A stretch of 48,009 nucleotides of DNA from Jimgerdemannia flammicorona. Taxonomy: Eukaryota. The DNA lies in assembly GCA_003990765.1 (NCBI GenBank), contig RBNJ01000040.1:1-48009 (forward strand), read 5' to 3'. Within the stretch, counting starts at the first letter, position 1. Each line of letters opens with the position of its first letter. The notes beneath the pieces were generated by a model. It made no database searches, had not been told where the DNA came from, and worked only from the letters and a program-made list of their open reading frames with translations. The translations under genes were made by a program, and so were the position numbers. Below, piece after piece: positions 1 to 13,000 of the stretch.

Positions 1-1624
1 AAAAAAAAAAAAAAAGGTGCAAGGAGCGTAATCATATAATTACCTTGAACCTCGTGCTGTCCGAGTTATCTATCACGAGAACAGACATCGCTGCATCCTG
101 CATAATAGATATTGTGGTAGTTATATGCGACGCGATGTCCGAAAGCCAATTCAAAACATTGCCGGGTAACTCACTTGTTTATTTATCGACAAGGCTGTCG
201 CAATTCCCGCGAGTCCACCTCCCACAATGACAACTTTGTCATAAGAATCAAGATGAGATACAACTCCGTACTACATCATAGACAAATAAATCAATGTTGC
301 AACTTGTTGAATACCTCTGAAATGGTAGCTCTCTTGCTCATGTCCACTACAACGCGATGGCGACTCCATGATTATTGTACCTTACTCATTCCAGTGCGGC
401 ATGGATTTATATGATTCAATGCCAAAGCCCCGATTAGAAACGCAGCCCAGATCTGAATCCTTTCTTTGGAAAATTCCGGTTACATGACCCTATCGGGGAA
501 TGCGGCTTGGATGACCGTTCTGCCCTTCCCGGCCAACGGGCTGAGGTGGTGAGCGCTTAAAATAGTCAGGAGATAATCAAACGGAGTCATCGAGGCAACA
601 CACAAACATTCAGACCAGTTCCCGCCTAGGGCTGACATGATCAAAGCAAATATTGTCGTGAGAAAACAAAACGAACTTAAAAAAACTGCAGCGAATGGTG
701 AAGCGTAGATTAAGGAAACGCGCCGTGAATACACAGAAAAAACAATGCGTGCGTTGAAAAATATACTCCAGTTGGATATCTATGGTTGTATAGTTGGTTT
801 GTCCTGGGCGTGGCGTCAGAACAGTTCTACACATTTCAGGAAACTTGTTTGTTTATTTGTTTTTCATGGGTCGGGTCCATACCCCAGAATGGACAACGTC
901 TTACTCTTCTTGCAAGGCGTATATGAACTGGGTCAACTCTCGTGTCCCTCGCAACTACATTGTATAATGAACGAAGTTGATGTCATCATTTGACCTTCCA
1001 TTTTAATTTTGACCTCATTCCCAAAACGGCCAGGGTTAGGGTTGTCAAAATCTGCAGTATAGTAACGGCATCAGAATTGACTAATGTGGATGGGTTCGAT
1101 AAACTGGAAGATTTTTATGAGTGGCGTGTATTTATTCACGTGGAAATTATTAACTCACTAAAATCATCTCCCCTAACCTGCAATTCGTTTTGGGCCGTAC
1201 TCAAAGTTGAATATGGAAATAATTGTGATGTCAACTTCGTCTGTTATATTTGAGTCACAAGCCTAACTTTGAGTACGACTATTGCGTGGCGAATGGTCAG
1301 TTCGGCATAAGCGAACCCGACAGGTAGAATACAGTAAACAGGGAGGTGGGAGGGTGCGAAAACGGGATGAAGTCGCTAGTTGCAGGATTGCAGCTAAACG
1401 GAAGAGGAACAACGATGTGTTTGGCAAATTGTATTTATGCGAGGTTACACAGATTTGGCCCGTTATACCTATTGCTATTCCTACTTCTTCCGCTCTGAAT
1501 TTTACCCAGAACGGTAAGGACCCGATCTCACCTAGCTAGATATCCGTGTTTCCTGTATTGGCTAAAACAAGGAAACAGGCTTGGCAGTCTACGTGTCTTG
1601 GAACATCTTCTAACCCCATATTGC

Positions 1625-1632
1625 TTTAAATA
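1625..1632 (+). promoter_or_regulatory. possible TATA-like box of the oxidase gene
   Basis: TTTAAATA about 65 nt upstream of ATG 1696; positional evidence only. Confidence 0.3.
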
Positions 1633-1695
1633 CCATACAGCAAGCGACCTTCCCACCAAGTTGAATGCATACGCTTTTCAGCTACGGTGAAAATC

Positions 1696-4600
1696 ATGTC
1701 ACCAATTGATCCTAATCATATCCACCATGTTGCCATCTATCCCCCGATTGGTGTCGCCCGCGTTGGTAACAGCACGTTCGAGCGGGAAGACGAAGGATGG
1801 TACTATGCTTCCGAAGCACCCGGAGTGCTGGAAACACCCAAAGGTGGTTATAAAGACATCCATGGTCGCGTCAAACGCCAGGTGAGCTTCGCTTTTCGCC
1901 GCCCGAAAACTGTATATACGTCCCTAAATTCTGCTAAATATCAAATCACCCTTTTTGTAATTATAGGCCGCCAAATTCAGGGTGTACGCGTTCGACGCGC
2001 ACCACCGCGCCATCGGCGAGCTGAATAAAACCTCGGGCTACACTATCGACTGGGCCGTCCATGTCGCCAACAAGAAGGGGGCCACGTATGCCTTCGCGGG
2101 CAGGTACCAGCCACAGTACGAACTGCGCAATCCGAAGGTCCAGGCACGTGTCGTTCTGAGATCCAGGCGGTCGACGCAATCTACGCTTACAATTTACTAA
2201 TATGGTTACTTTATACCACAGGCTCAGAATATCGTTGACGAGCGCACAGATCTCATCATCGACCCTGGGGAGAAAAAGGTCAGGGGCTCCAACCATAGTC
2301 GGGTCGAGCTTAACGGCGAGTTCAAGGGGAGCCAGGACAAGGCCAAATCGGTTTACCTCGGCGAGATATTCACCGACGCCGAGGGCCGTCTGGTGTTTCT
2401 TGCCGGCAGGGGCGATGCCATGAGCATTGATCCCGGCAATCCCGACAACATCATCCAAAGCGACTTCAATAACGTGGATTGGTACGACGATACATCCGAC
2501 GGGACAGTCAGGGCCTTCGTGACGCATAACAATACTGGTAAAAAGTAAGTGTTGATTTATATCGTCATGCCCTCAGAACATATCAGACGCTTCTGGAGTC
2601 ATGTGCATAGATTTCAAGAATATTCTGTCTTGCAAATGTACTCACTTTTTAAACCCGCATCAACCTACAGATTCAAGTTGGAGAATGACAGCTGGGTGCT
2701 TGGATCCCCACCAAAGTTCGGTAGCTCCATTTATCCCCCCACCTCCCTCTACGACGTCATCGAGGATGCCAACCAAAAGAAGCAGTATGGCACCTCCGGC
2801 TCCAACTACTCCATACCCGAGGTCCAGTATTACCGGGACATCGAGCCTCTGCTGCTCCGCCCCGTCCTTATATCGTGGGTCAACGCAAATGCCAACTTCG
2901 TCCACGGCGTCGAGGGCCGTGGCTACTTCCTCTCGGACGATTGGCGCCAGAAGCTGTCCGACAATACCGATGACGCCAAGATCTACCGCCAGTCTGTTTT
3001 CGGTCGCATTCGATTCCCGGAGGTGCCCGAATACCAGATCGCCCGAACAGGCCAAGCCTCAGGGTACTTTATGCCCAAGCTATCTGGTGACGGCGGCTAC
3101 ACAACCCGTGGGGACCCACAGACCTGGGTGTCGCTGACTCAGCTGCAGTACGAGCGATTGAGGAAGTGGGCGAACGGGGAGTTCAAGACCGACTATCATC
3201 CACCAAAGTACACAAGGATTGAAGATTACCCGATCCACGAACAGCCAGGTTTGTGTCGCTCACACCCCGGTCCCCCACCCCCCACCCCCCACCCGATTAC
3301 ATTATACAAGTATTTAGTATTAACATCACCTCTCAAACATAGATAAGCTCACGGAGGCAGCCATCGAGTGGGTCATCGGTGCCCCCCTCTATCCCGGCAT
3401 CGAAGTCACCTGGAACTCGGAAGATCCCGACACCTTTCAGAACCCCAAAATTAAGCACGCTGCCTTCCGCTACAGTACCAAATTTAAACCCGGCGATATC
3501 AGCATGTCCATGTCATTGCCGTGGCAGTCGGACTTCTATGAGTGCCAGGCTCACTGGTGGCCTTCGACGCGGCCGGACGACGTGGTCCCTGAGGCTGAAT
3601 ACAAAGCCATCAAGGATAAGGTTCCCCTCGACGAAATCGCCGCAAAGCTGAACGATAAGCGTGTCAGCTGGGACCGAGGCCTGAGCCAGAGCTACCACCA
3701 AGGTGGCTACGGCGGTAACACGGACATGGCGAAGAAGTGGCACCAGCTCGGGTTTGTTGTTCCCGTCGAAGCAGGCGATCGAAATCCCGTGTTTGTCGAG
3801 GTGCAGCGTTCGCCGGGTATGCCGGATCAAGGGCCCGACTACGATCCTGCTGTCCCGTTCTTCATTAGCTCCGTGATAGACACAAAGGAAAAGCTTCAGC
3901 AACACCTGCAGCTTGCTTTGCGAGTTGAGCTCTCCACTATCCCGTACTATCTGTACAGCATGTACTCAATCGACCCTAAGGAGGATGAGGATGCCGCCGA
4001 TGACCACCTCGGACGGAAGGACGCGCAGGAGGCAGCACGGGTGGCCAGGTTTATAATTAAGGGTGTCGTATCGGAGGAAATGCTGCATTTGAGCCTCGCG
4101 GGCAATGTCTTGTTGGCAGTAGGGGGACAGCCAAAGCTCTATGACGAGAATGTGATTCCCACGTTCCCTGGGACGCTTCCTTACAGAGTGCCCCCCCTGC
4201 CGCTTAACCTTCGTGCCGCGACGGAAAAGCAGTTAGAGGCCTTCATTACGGTAAGCCAAAGAGCACGGATCTAATCAATGCCCGTTTTCCTTGCGGCCCT
4301 TGTGTGGCAACGGATGGATTCTATCGTCTCTGACCATGCCAAATACCTTCACTCAGCTCGAGGAACCAGAGCTCATATGTCGCACCAAACAAAACGACTC
4401 AGGGGAGGAGAAGTACCGCACAATCGGCGAGTTCTACCAATCCATCGAGGAAGCTCTTCAGCCGATCTTCGACAAAGACCCTACCCTGTTCGCCAATCCT
4501 CGCCCCAAATGCCAGTTCGCACCTGAAAAGCATGAGTATTCGCCCCGGGTTCCCGATGCTGGCGGTCTTGTCGTTGTCGAGGACGTCAAGTCGGCCATCG

Positions 4601-5430
4601 CGGCGCTCACGACCATCGTCAGAGAGGGCGAGGGTTCACCCCTCAATCACGGGACTGAGCATCTCGATGAGGCACTACATCATAGATACCGTCAGGAATT
4701 GAGCCGAGCCAAAGAAAATCAAAAGTTGGGTACTGCCCCGGGGCTGAGCGAATACGATGACGATAAGAAACTGGAGCTATCGCATTACGCGACATTCATT
4801 CACTTGAAGAAGAAGCTTAAAACCAAAAAGCACCTGTGGACAGTCTTTCCTGTGCCAGAAAACCCTCAATCGAGCCAATACCAGGACGAGAAGATACGGA
4901 CAGTATGTGACATATCATATTTGTCGTTGCTTATCGTTCAACAAACTGGCAATTAATGTCTTGCTTTTTTCTTCTCTCTGCGACAGGTTTCCCTCGCCTT
5001 CGATGCGGCTTACTGCTACCTCCTTATGGTACATATATTATTTATTCACTTTGGCATGTGCAAATGGAGTTTCTGCTAATGACATTACCGCATTTTTTCA
5101 ACCCAGACCATTGAGACGCTCTGGACTGTGCCCGATCCTGTGGAGCGGCAAAAGATTGTCTACGGATCCATGTATGGGACAATGATGGGCGTCATGGCTC
5201 CGCTTGCCGAGTTCCTGGTCCGGCAGCCTGTGGGGCAGAATCAACATGCCGCGCCCTGCTTCCAATACTATCAATTCACTACGTCGACACCTAAGACGGA
5301 GTTGCAGACCTTGATCCAGCGAGCTCTCGACCTATATACACAGGCAAACGCACAAAATCCGGCCAGTCAACTGACAGTGATCCTCACTGCCGTTGAAAAT
5401 TTGTATTCAATTACATATGCTACTGTATAA
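1696..5430 (+). CDS. LodA/GoxA-family CTQ quinoprotein oxidase fused to a C-terminal ferritin-like (VioB/RebD-type) domain; 8 exons, ~1027 aa
   Basis: Exons 1696-1881, 1967-2143 (or 2137), 2222-2544, 2671-3248, 3343-4250, 4357-4902, 4987-5028 and 5107-5430 join in frame (3084 nt); all acceptors are AG and all donors GT except a possible GC at 2144. LodA motifs: IYPPIGVARVGNS, KRQ|AAKFRVY, VHVANKK, LIIDPG, YLGEIFTDAEGRL, WYDDTSDG, MPKLSGD, QYERLRKWANGEF, LYPGIEVTW, PGDISMSMSLPWQSDFYEC, WWPSTRPDDV, WHQLGFV. Ferritin-like motifs: VELSTIPYYLYSMYSI, EEMLH, LEEP, TIGEFY, REGEG, ELSHY. Confidence 0.92.
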
Positions 5431-6706
5431 GAAATATATGTGTGTGTGGATGAGGCGGAAATGTTGCTTATTTCACTCGGTATCCTATTACGTAAGTCGG
5501 ATTAAGAAAGATAACAGGTTATTGTAACTGAAGCCAACGAAGGGAGAGAACGCCTTGTACCCTTGCGAGTAGCAATAAAAGAGACAGAACTTAAATGAGT
5601 GACCATACCGCCAGTTTCTAGTTTGCCAACTTGCAACGAGCAGAGTGATTCAACGTGGTTGAGCGGCACCACCATCAGCAGCAATAACAGTTATTCTATA
5701 AACTGCAGGAATCAGTTTGTTTGCTATCACAACTTTTCGAAATAAATGGTCTGACTCCCTGTCCAGAAGTGGCCAAAATCTAATCACTAGGGCAGCATCT
5801 GCGAATGTAGGAATAGGGCAGGGGGGTCAATGGGATGGAGAGCTCAAACGGAGGTTTTAGATTGTTCTCGAACGCTACAATGTCACAAAAAAAAAAAAAA
5901 GGCATACATACACCTGTTAACATACGTGTCAACGTTCTTAGCAAATAAAACATTCAATAATAATGAGTGCTTGGCGCAAGAAAAAGTTGCTTCAACTATT
6001 CTTTGTGCTGCAAAACACGAAATGACAAGGGAAGCGCCCAGCGGATCCCACCTCAATGCTCAAGCATTTGAAATCAATCATTTCGGTTCCAAAGTGTGGA
6101 ACGAAAAATCTAGTCAGCGCCTCCGTCTGAAATCGCGCAAAAAAATAAAATAAAATAAAACTAGAAACAAAAAAAGGGGGGAATAAAAATGTACCCAATA
6201 TTAAGTTGGCGACCGTTTCTAGCCGTTAAAGGGGTTCTTCGTATATCTTTCTTTCTATTTGTTCCATAAAGGGCGACTAACGCTTTACTATGTGTTCTCT
6301 GCGACTGGCTGATACTCATACTATGCACTCGTTTGATTCACTGTACACGTTCTTGTACAGATGGTTAATTATGTGGGGAGGGGAGGAGGGGGAAGGGGGG
6401 AATGTTCGTTTGTTCCATTAGAACAAAAAAAGAATATTCTGTTCACATTCCTAGTTCACGTCTATATAATTACATTTTCTGTTTGCATATGGCTGTTGAA
6501 ACTCGTGAAATAGTGTTTTCTGTTTATACAAGATATTCTTGTAATTTCAAAGAGCCAGCACAGAGGGCACCACTTCATGGAAGTTATAACTTATTCTTTA
6601 TTATTTATCATGACTTCTGAAAAGTAATATAGAGATATTATATCTTCAAAGTTATAAATATTTATTACATACAATTCATTACAAATTATACTAAATATAA
6701 AAATAC

Positions 6707-7045
6707 ATATTTGAGCTCTGTAATATTGTGTACTAGGTATTTCTCTACATAGTTACAGAGCTATATTTTGCTAAATATATATGATATCTAAAGGAATAAT
6801 ATTAGTCAGAACATATTAATTTCTCTATAATATATTCTAGAATACAATCTCTAGATTTCTGAAATTTGGTTAGCATAAAATGTCATCATCTGATCAGCTC
6901 ATTATATCTTGAAAATTTACTTTATAAAATATCTTTTCAATAATTAATCTCTCTATAATCTGTGAATAATTATATATTTAAGCTCTGTAATATTGTATAT
7001 TAGATATTTCTCTACATGGTTACAGAGCTATATTTTGCTAAATAT
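6707..7045. repeat. 72-bp direct repeat pair (6707-6778, 6974-7045)
   Basis: Both copies read atattt(g/a)agctctgtaatattgt...gttacagagctatattttgctaaatat with only transition differences. Confidence 0.8.
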
Positions 7046-10000
7046 TATGACAAACCAAAATGTACTATCCGAATTATAACTTAGCCAGATGATATGAACA
7101 ATTAGTAACTGAGCTAGATGATATGAACATATAGTATAGTAATCAGAGACAGCAATCATTGCTGTAGAAAACTATATAAATAGCCAGACTACCAGATAAG
7201 GTATATCTGTACAGGATCTGCACACCTGTGCCAGACCTGCACACTTGTGCTAGACCTGCACAACTTACCATAAGTAGCAAATCTATTAGCAATCAGATAG
7301 TAACCATAATGTATAAAATACCCCAGAGACAAGAGTGAATAAACCTCAGTTCCGAAACATAAAGCAAAAGATAAGTCTGCCTACTACACTTCAAGAGATA
7401 TATCTGCCAAAAGCTACTTAATCCAGAAAGAATTACAACACTTAGGAGAAATGTCTGCTCTACAGCCACTACTAGGAGATTGTGAGCTTTGCCCCTTTCC
7501 CACTCCAGTCCACTTTCCAATACAAAGCCTTGGTTCACTTGCCAGATAAGCCTGAAGAACTTTGCTGCCATTTGAGTAATCTGCTGCTTAAGGAATAAGT
7601 GGCTGTTTCCAAGTTATCAGTATTTCCAGAGAACTCTTAAGGAATCTTGCCACTAAGCCAGTCTCTTAACACAACTTCACAGTGATTCATTTATACAAAT
7701 AAAGCCAGTCTTTGATATAACTTACCAAGAACCTGAGTTATTTGTTCTCAGTGAGCCTGATTTAGAAGAGTTTGCTACCAGTACAGTTCTTAGTAAGAAG
7801 AATCCGCACCACCCTCCATTCCCAGTAAACCCATATCCAAATCAAGTTATTCAGAAATTACATACTTTTGGAAATTGTTGTGCTACACAAGATTATCATA
7901 TAGAAATCGCATAAGAAAAACTGCTAAATTGCCAGACTGTCATACATAAAGAACCCATGCTACACAAGATCATAACACAGAAATTGTCTACTTTGGAGAA
8001 TGCCATACTACACAGAAATTACCTATCGACCAAGAAGGAAAAACATACAAATCGCTGCTATACCCAAAGAACTGTCCCAATAAGGAAATCACTCACAGAT
8101 ATCCAGCTTTGACTATTATACCACTAAATATCAAGAATATTTTGTTGCTTTTAACAAAGTAACTAGGGGCTCAAGCCAAACTACACCAACCTCCAATCTT
8201 GTAATTTGCCTCCATTGAGCCAGGCACATTATATTTGAGGGCTCAACTAGGAAGATTTCAAAATTGACATGACTTTTCAGCTCACAAGAACCCACAGTCA
8301 AACTGGATACATTTGACATAACACCAATCTCTGCCACTATAGGAGAACTAGTTATTACCAGCATCTGGACAGGAAGAGAAGTAATCACCTCAAGACTTAC
8401 CAACTATCCAGCATCAGAAGGATCCCAACTAGAACTGGAAGCCAATACAGCCAGAGATCTCCAAGCAGATCAACCAGACAACACAGGTAGCCCTGTTGAA
8501 GATCTTGAAGAACTTACACAAGAACTAGAAGATCTCATTACACAAGCCTGAGATCTTACAGTCAGACACTCCATACCAGTCCCACTAATCTCACCCATTG
8601 AACCTTTACCACCAGCCCTCGCAGAATTGGAAGCAGCTCCTATAAGAATACCTAGGCTCATTCTACTTTGTCCAAGGTCCAGAACACTATCCTCAAGATA
8701 CCTAAGCACTTCCATCTCCAGTGACAGTTCAGAAAGCAAATCAGAGTCAGAATCTGAATCAGAATCTGGACCAGAACCAGAATCAGAAGAAAGTGACAAT
8801 GAAATGGCCACCTCACTGCCAACTTTTGCAGGATATCTGGAGGAAGACCTCAGAGAATTCCTTGATGGAATTGAAGGAATCACAGCTCTGAGAAATCTCT
8901 CAGATAAAAGAAAAATTGCCATCTACAAGACCCAGCTCAGAGAACCAGCCAGAGGAATTTTCCACCAAACAGAAAATGACCCACATTCAGAACTAGCAAG
9001 GCAGATACAAGCAGCAGCATCTTATAAGCTAAAATATGTAGCTATGGTCTACTGGCTCATTGCAAAATATGCAGGAAATGAAACCCACCACAAGGCTCAA
9101 GAATCTATCATAGAGATGAAGATAAATTTTGGAGAATCATCCAGAGCATTCTTCATAAGAATCCAGAAGAGAATGCATGTAGCTGGGTTCAATGCCACCA
9201 ACCAAGACATCATAGGTCCAATGACCTTCATGAATGGGATTCCCCCAAACATTGCCCAGCATATCCACAACCTAGGCATCAGAAGGTCTGAAGAGCAAGT
9301 TGATATAGCCCAAGAATTCTTTAATGTCAGACAAGGAACTACCTGGAGTGACCATGATAAGAAGGATGACAAGGAAGACATCCTGGTCAAAGCCCTATAA
9401 GAACTCCTCTAAGGACAAGAGAGATCTGAAGAAAGAAGGCCAGCCAAAGAAAGAAAGAAGGACAGAAGTGAAATTCAAGACCTCAGCTCCAAGTTGGACC
9501 AATTGGTTGGACAGATTGAAAAACTCACCATATGTGAAAATTGGAGTTATCAAGACAACAGAGGATACCCACCTCAGAGGAGCCAAGGTTATCCACCAAG
9601 AGATAGCAGGAACTACCAGCAAGAAGAAAGAAGATACCCTGTCTAAGAGAGAGCCCAAGTCCAATGCTTCTACTGTGGACAATTTGGACACTATGCCACT
9701 GAATGTAACAACAAAAGAAGTGACCAAAGGGACTCAGAGATGTCAAACTGAAGAAATGATACTCAGTATAAGAAGACAGAAGCCCATCCTGTTGAAGATT
9801 TCGAAGAAGCAAGCAACAGTAAAGACTACAGTGACCTAGACTTGTATTCTACCAAGATAACCACCCAAAAAACAGTCTACTCAGCAGAGAAGAGAAAGAG
9901 ACCCATAGGGAGGCCATCCAGGAATATCAGCAGAAGAATTATCCAGGAAGAAGATGAAGAGCATGAAGAGGAGCAAGTAGAAACACCTCCCCAGACTCCC

Positions 10001-13000
10001 TCACCTTTTGTCCCTGAGACAAATGAGTTGCTACCAGAGGATGAAGAAATAGAGCAAGAAGAATGGGAGCCTGCCACTCCAAAGCCCAAGAAGAAGTACA
10101 CCCCAAAGACCATGCCCAGAGATATCTACAATGAAGCCTGGCAGAAGATTCAAGAAGCCAAGATGAAGGTCCCCCTTCTACAGTTCCTGCAACTGATACC
10201 AGCTGGAGTCTGAAACAAATTGCTGAGAACCACCAGGTCTAGCACTGGCTGAGTTCCAATCCCACAGCAAGAACCAGTTCCCATCTCTGTCCAAGCAGCT
10301 GAGAGACATGTCAGCACCTACCTATATGGAGATATTGGAGGACAAAAGGCAAAAATCCTCATAGATACAGGAGCAGCTGTCTGTGTTATTGCCAAATGGT
10401 TCCTGGATACCCTCCAATGGCCCATTTATGGACCATCCAACCTCAGCATCATAGTAGCAGATGGAGCCCAAACTCAACCCCTTGGAGAAGTATGAAACAT
10501 TACCATCTCCCTGGAACACATTTAGTTCTCCATCCCGAAAGCTATTATCACTGAAGCTGTCACCCATGACATGATTCTTGGCACCAACTGGATGAAGGAA
10601 ATGAATGCAGTTGTTGATATTGGTCAACAAGTACTCAAGTTTGACTACTGAGGCAAAAAGTATAGAGTTAAGGTGATCAGTTATGAGCAATTGAAGAAAA
10701 TGAAGAAGGTCACTATTTAGGAAGAATATACCAGCAGTGAAGAATCTACTATAGAGGAAAAAGAAGAATCTGAAGATAGAAATGATCCCAGACTCAATCC
10801 CAGGATCAACCTAGTGGATGACAGACCAGAAGTCAATATATGGGCCAAGAACACTGTCCCCATTACCATTGGAGCCATTGTAGGAGAAATCAAAGGATAC
10901 CCCACCTGCCTCAAGAGACACAAGTGCTCCAAGCAATCCTCCAAGATCATTGGGACAAGGAATTCGCCTGGCACAGCCTGCCCTGAGTGCAGAAGGAAAA
11001 AGAAGAAATGCCAACATGTTCTAGAAACACTTGCAGCTGAAGCTGCAGAAGTCTAAGCAATTTTGGGACAAAAATCATCTGAGAAAGAAGAAGTCCCTGA
11101 ACTCATTCCTTGAGATGACTCTTGTTGGACACCACCTGAAGATAATGACCCTTGGAATATAGAAGAAGGACCCAGCACAATCCCCATCATTCTAAAGAAA
11201 GAAACTCACTAAGAAAGGACATTTCAGCTAGGGAAATGCCCACACCAAATGGTCTTCCACTCTCCCTGAGACTACTGCTATCAGTGCCACCTACTAGACT
11301 AACAGGAGAGACAGAGACCCCAGAGACCAGAACCCCCAACTACAGTTATACAGTCAACTACCTTCCAAGAAGTTACTACCAGATTGCAAAGCTGATTTAG
11401 AGGACAAGATCTCTTCACCTGAACAGAAGTATACCCATTGTCCACCCTTCCTCCAACTTATGACCAAGATGGGTACTGATTCCTGAGACAACAAGAAATC
11501 AACAACCAGGAACATCATTTCCAAGCAATGGAATATGTAACTATGGAAGACACTCAGACTGCTGAGACTGCAGACATTAGAAGATTCATCTCAGTCATGA
11601 TGTTGCAATCCATACTTTGAAGAGAGGAGATAACAGAGGCTATATCCAAAAAAGCCAGATCCAAAAAAGTAAGACCAAGAAGCCAGGAAAAAGGACCCTC
11701 AAGATCTATGATTTAGGAGAAAACATCCTAGCTCTTATCAGACATGCAACCCACCAAGAATAGGTAGAGAATGCCATCAACTTCATGAAAGCCCTAGACC
11801 CTACAGAAATAAGAGGAATCAACTATCTCTGAGACCCCTCTACTGGAGCCAGGTGGTCACACCTCAACCTCAGAGCCTGGAGGCTCTCTGCTAGTAGAGC
11901 CTCAGCCCAAGAATAGCCTGAACTCAGCAAGGATGTTGCCCATTATGCCCTGCTACATTCAAAGGCCAAACCCCTGACCAAAGCCCACCCAGAGGATGTA
12001 GGATATGATCTTCATAGTCTGGAGGATGAATTCATCAAGCCTAGAAAAACATTTATGATCAGAACCAGACAAGCCATGCAGCCACCCCAAGGAGCTTACA
12101 TCCAACTAACCCCAAGGTCTGGACTTGCCAGACAAGGAATAACCATAGAAGGAGGAACAATTGATCCAGGATATATAGGCGAAATCAAGGTCATCCTATA
12201 TAACAGTAGTACAGAATGACACCAAATCATTAGAGGACAGAAGATTGCCCAAGCAGTCTTCATGAAGGTCAAGACCCCACAGTTATAAGAAGTTTCTGAA
12301 CTGACTAAAGGAATAAGACAAGCTAAAGGATTTGGAAGCTCAGACAGGAAGGAAGTATATCTCCTTTAAGTCAACTACCTCAAAAGGAATATTTCTCAGC
12401 AAGTATACTGCCAACCAGTCAAGCTGCACAAAAACCTCATCCTGGAGCCTGAAGAACAAACTACCTTCAAAATATTTACACCACCCGACCTCAGAAACCT
12501 TTTCTTTGAACCCAATGAAGATATCCTGTACCTGGACATAGAAGGACACACATTCCCTGACAAGATGAATCCAGTATACTCCTGAGCAACCAACCAAAGT
12601 TGGGAAACCATCATCTTGCCAAAAGGAACCATCATAGGACATCTGGTGCCTTTTCTCAGCCAAACTCATAGAGAAGTATATGAACTAAACTAATCGGGAA
12701 ATGGTAAAAGGTCCCAGAAGAAAGGAAAGGCCCCTCTGTGACCCAGGAGACAGTAAAGCCTTCCACCAATATTGGAGAAGAATTGACACCCCAGCAATGG
12801 CAATAACTAGTAGAACTCCTCAATAAATATCAAGATATCTTCACTACCGATTATGGCAACCTACCATATAATCCATCATATCACTACAACATAAATATAG
12901 AAAATGCAACACCCATCTGACAAAAACCCTATAGAATACCTCATCACTTAAAAATATTTGAAAAGGAGCACATTCAAGAACTCTTAGATAATGGAGTCAT

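Noticed and set aside
45-1539. Short ORFs upstream of the oxidase (checked as a possible lodB or partner)
   Set aside because: No recognisable motifs such as the GxGxxG of a flavoprotein, and no coherent exon chain; treated as intergenic.
3360-3400. Apparent loss of the CTQ cysteine
   Set aside because: The cofactor Cys is the one in DFYEC, which is intact; the substituted residue is a different active-site position.
1961-4646. Antisense and alternative-frame ORFs over the oxidase gene
   Set aside because: Shadows of GC-rich codon usage.
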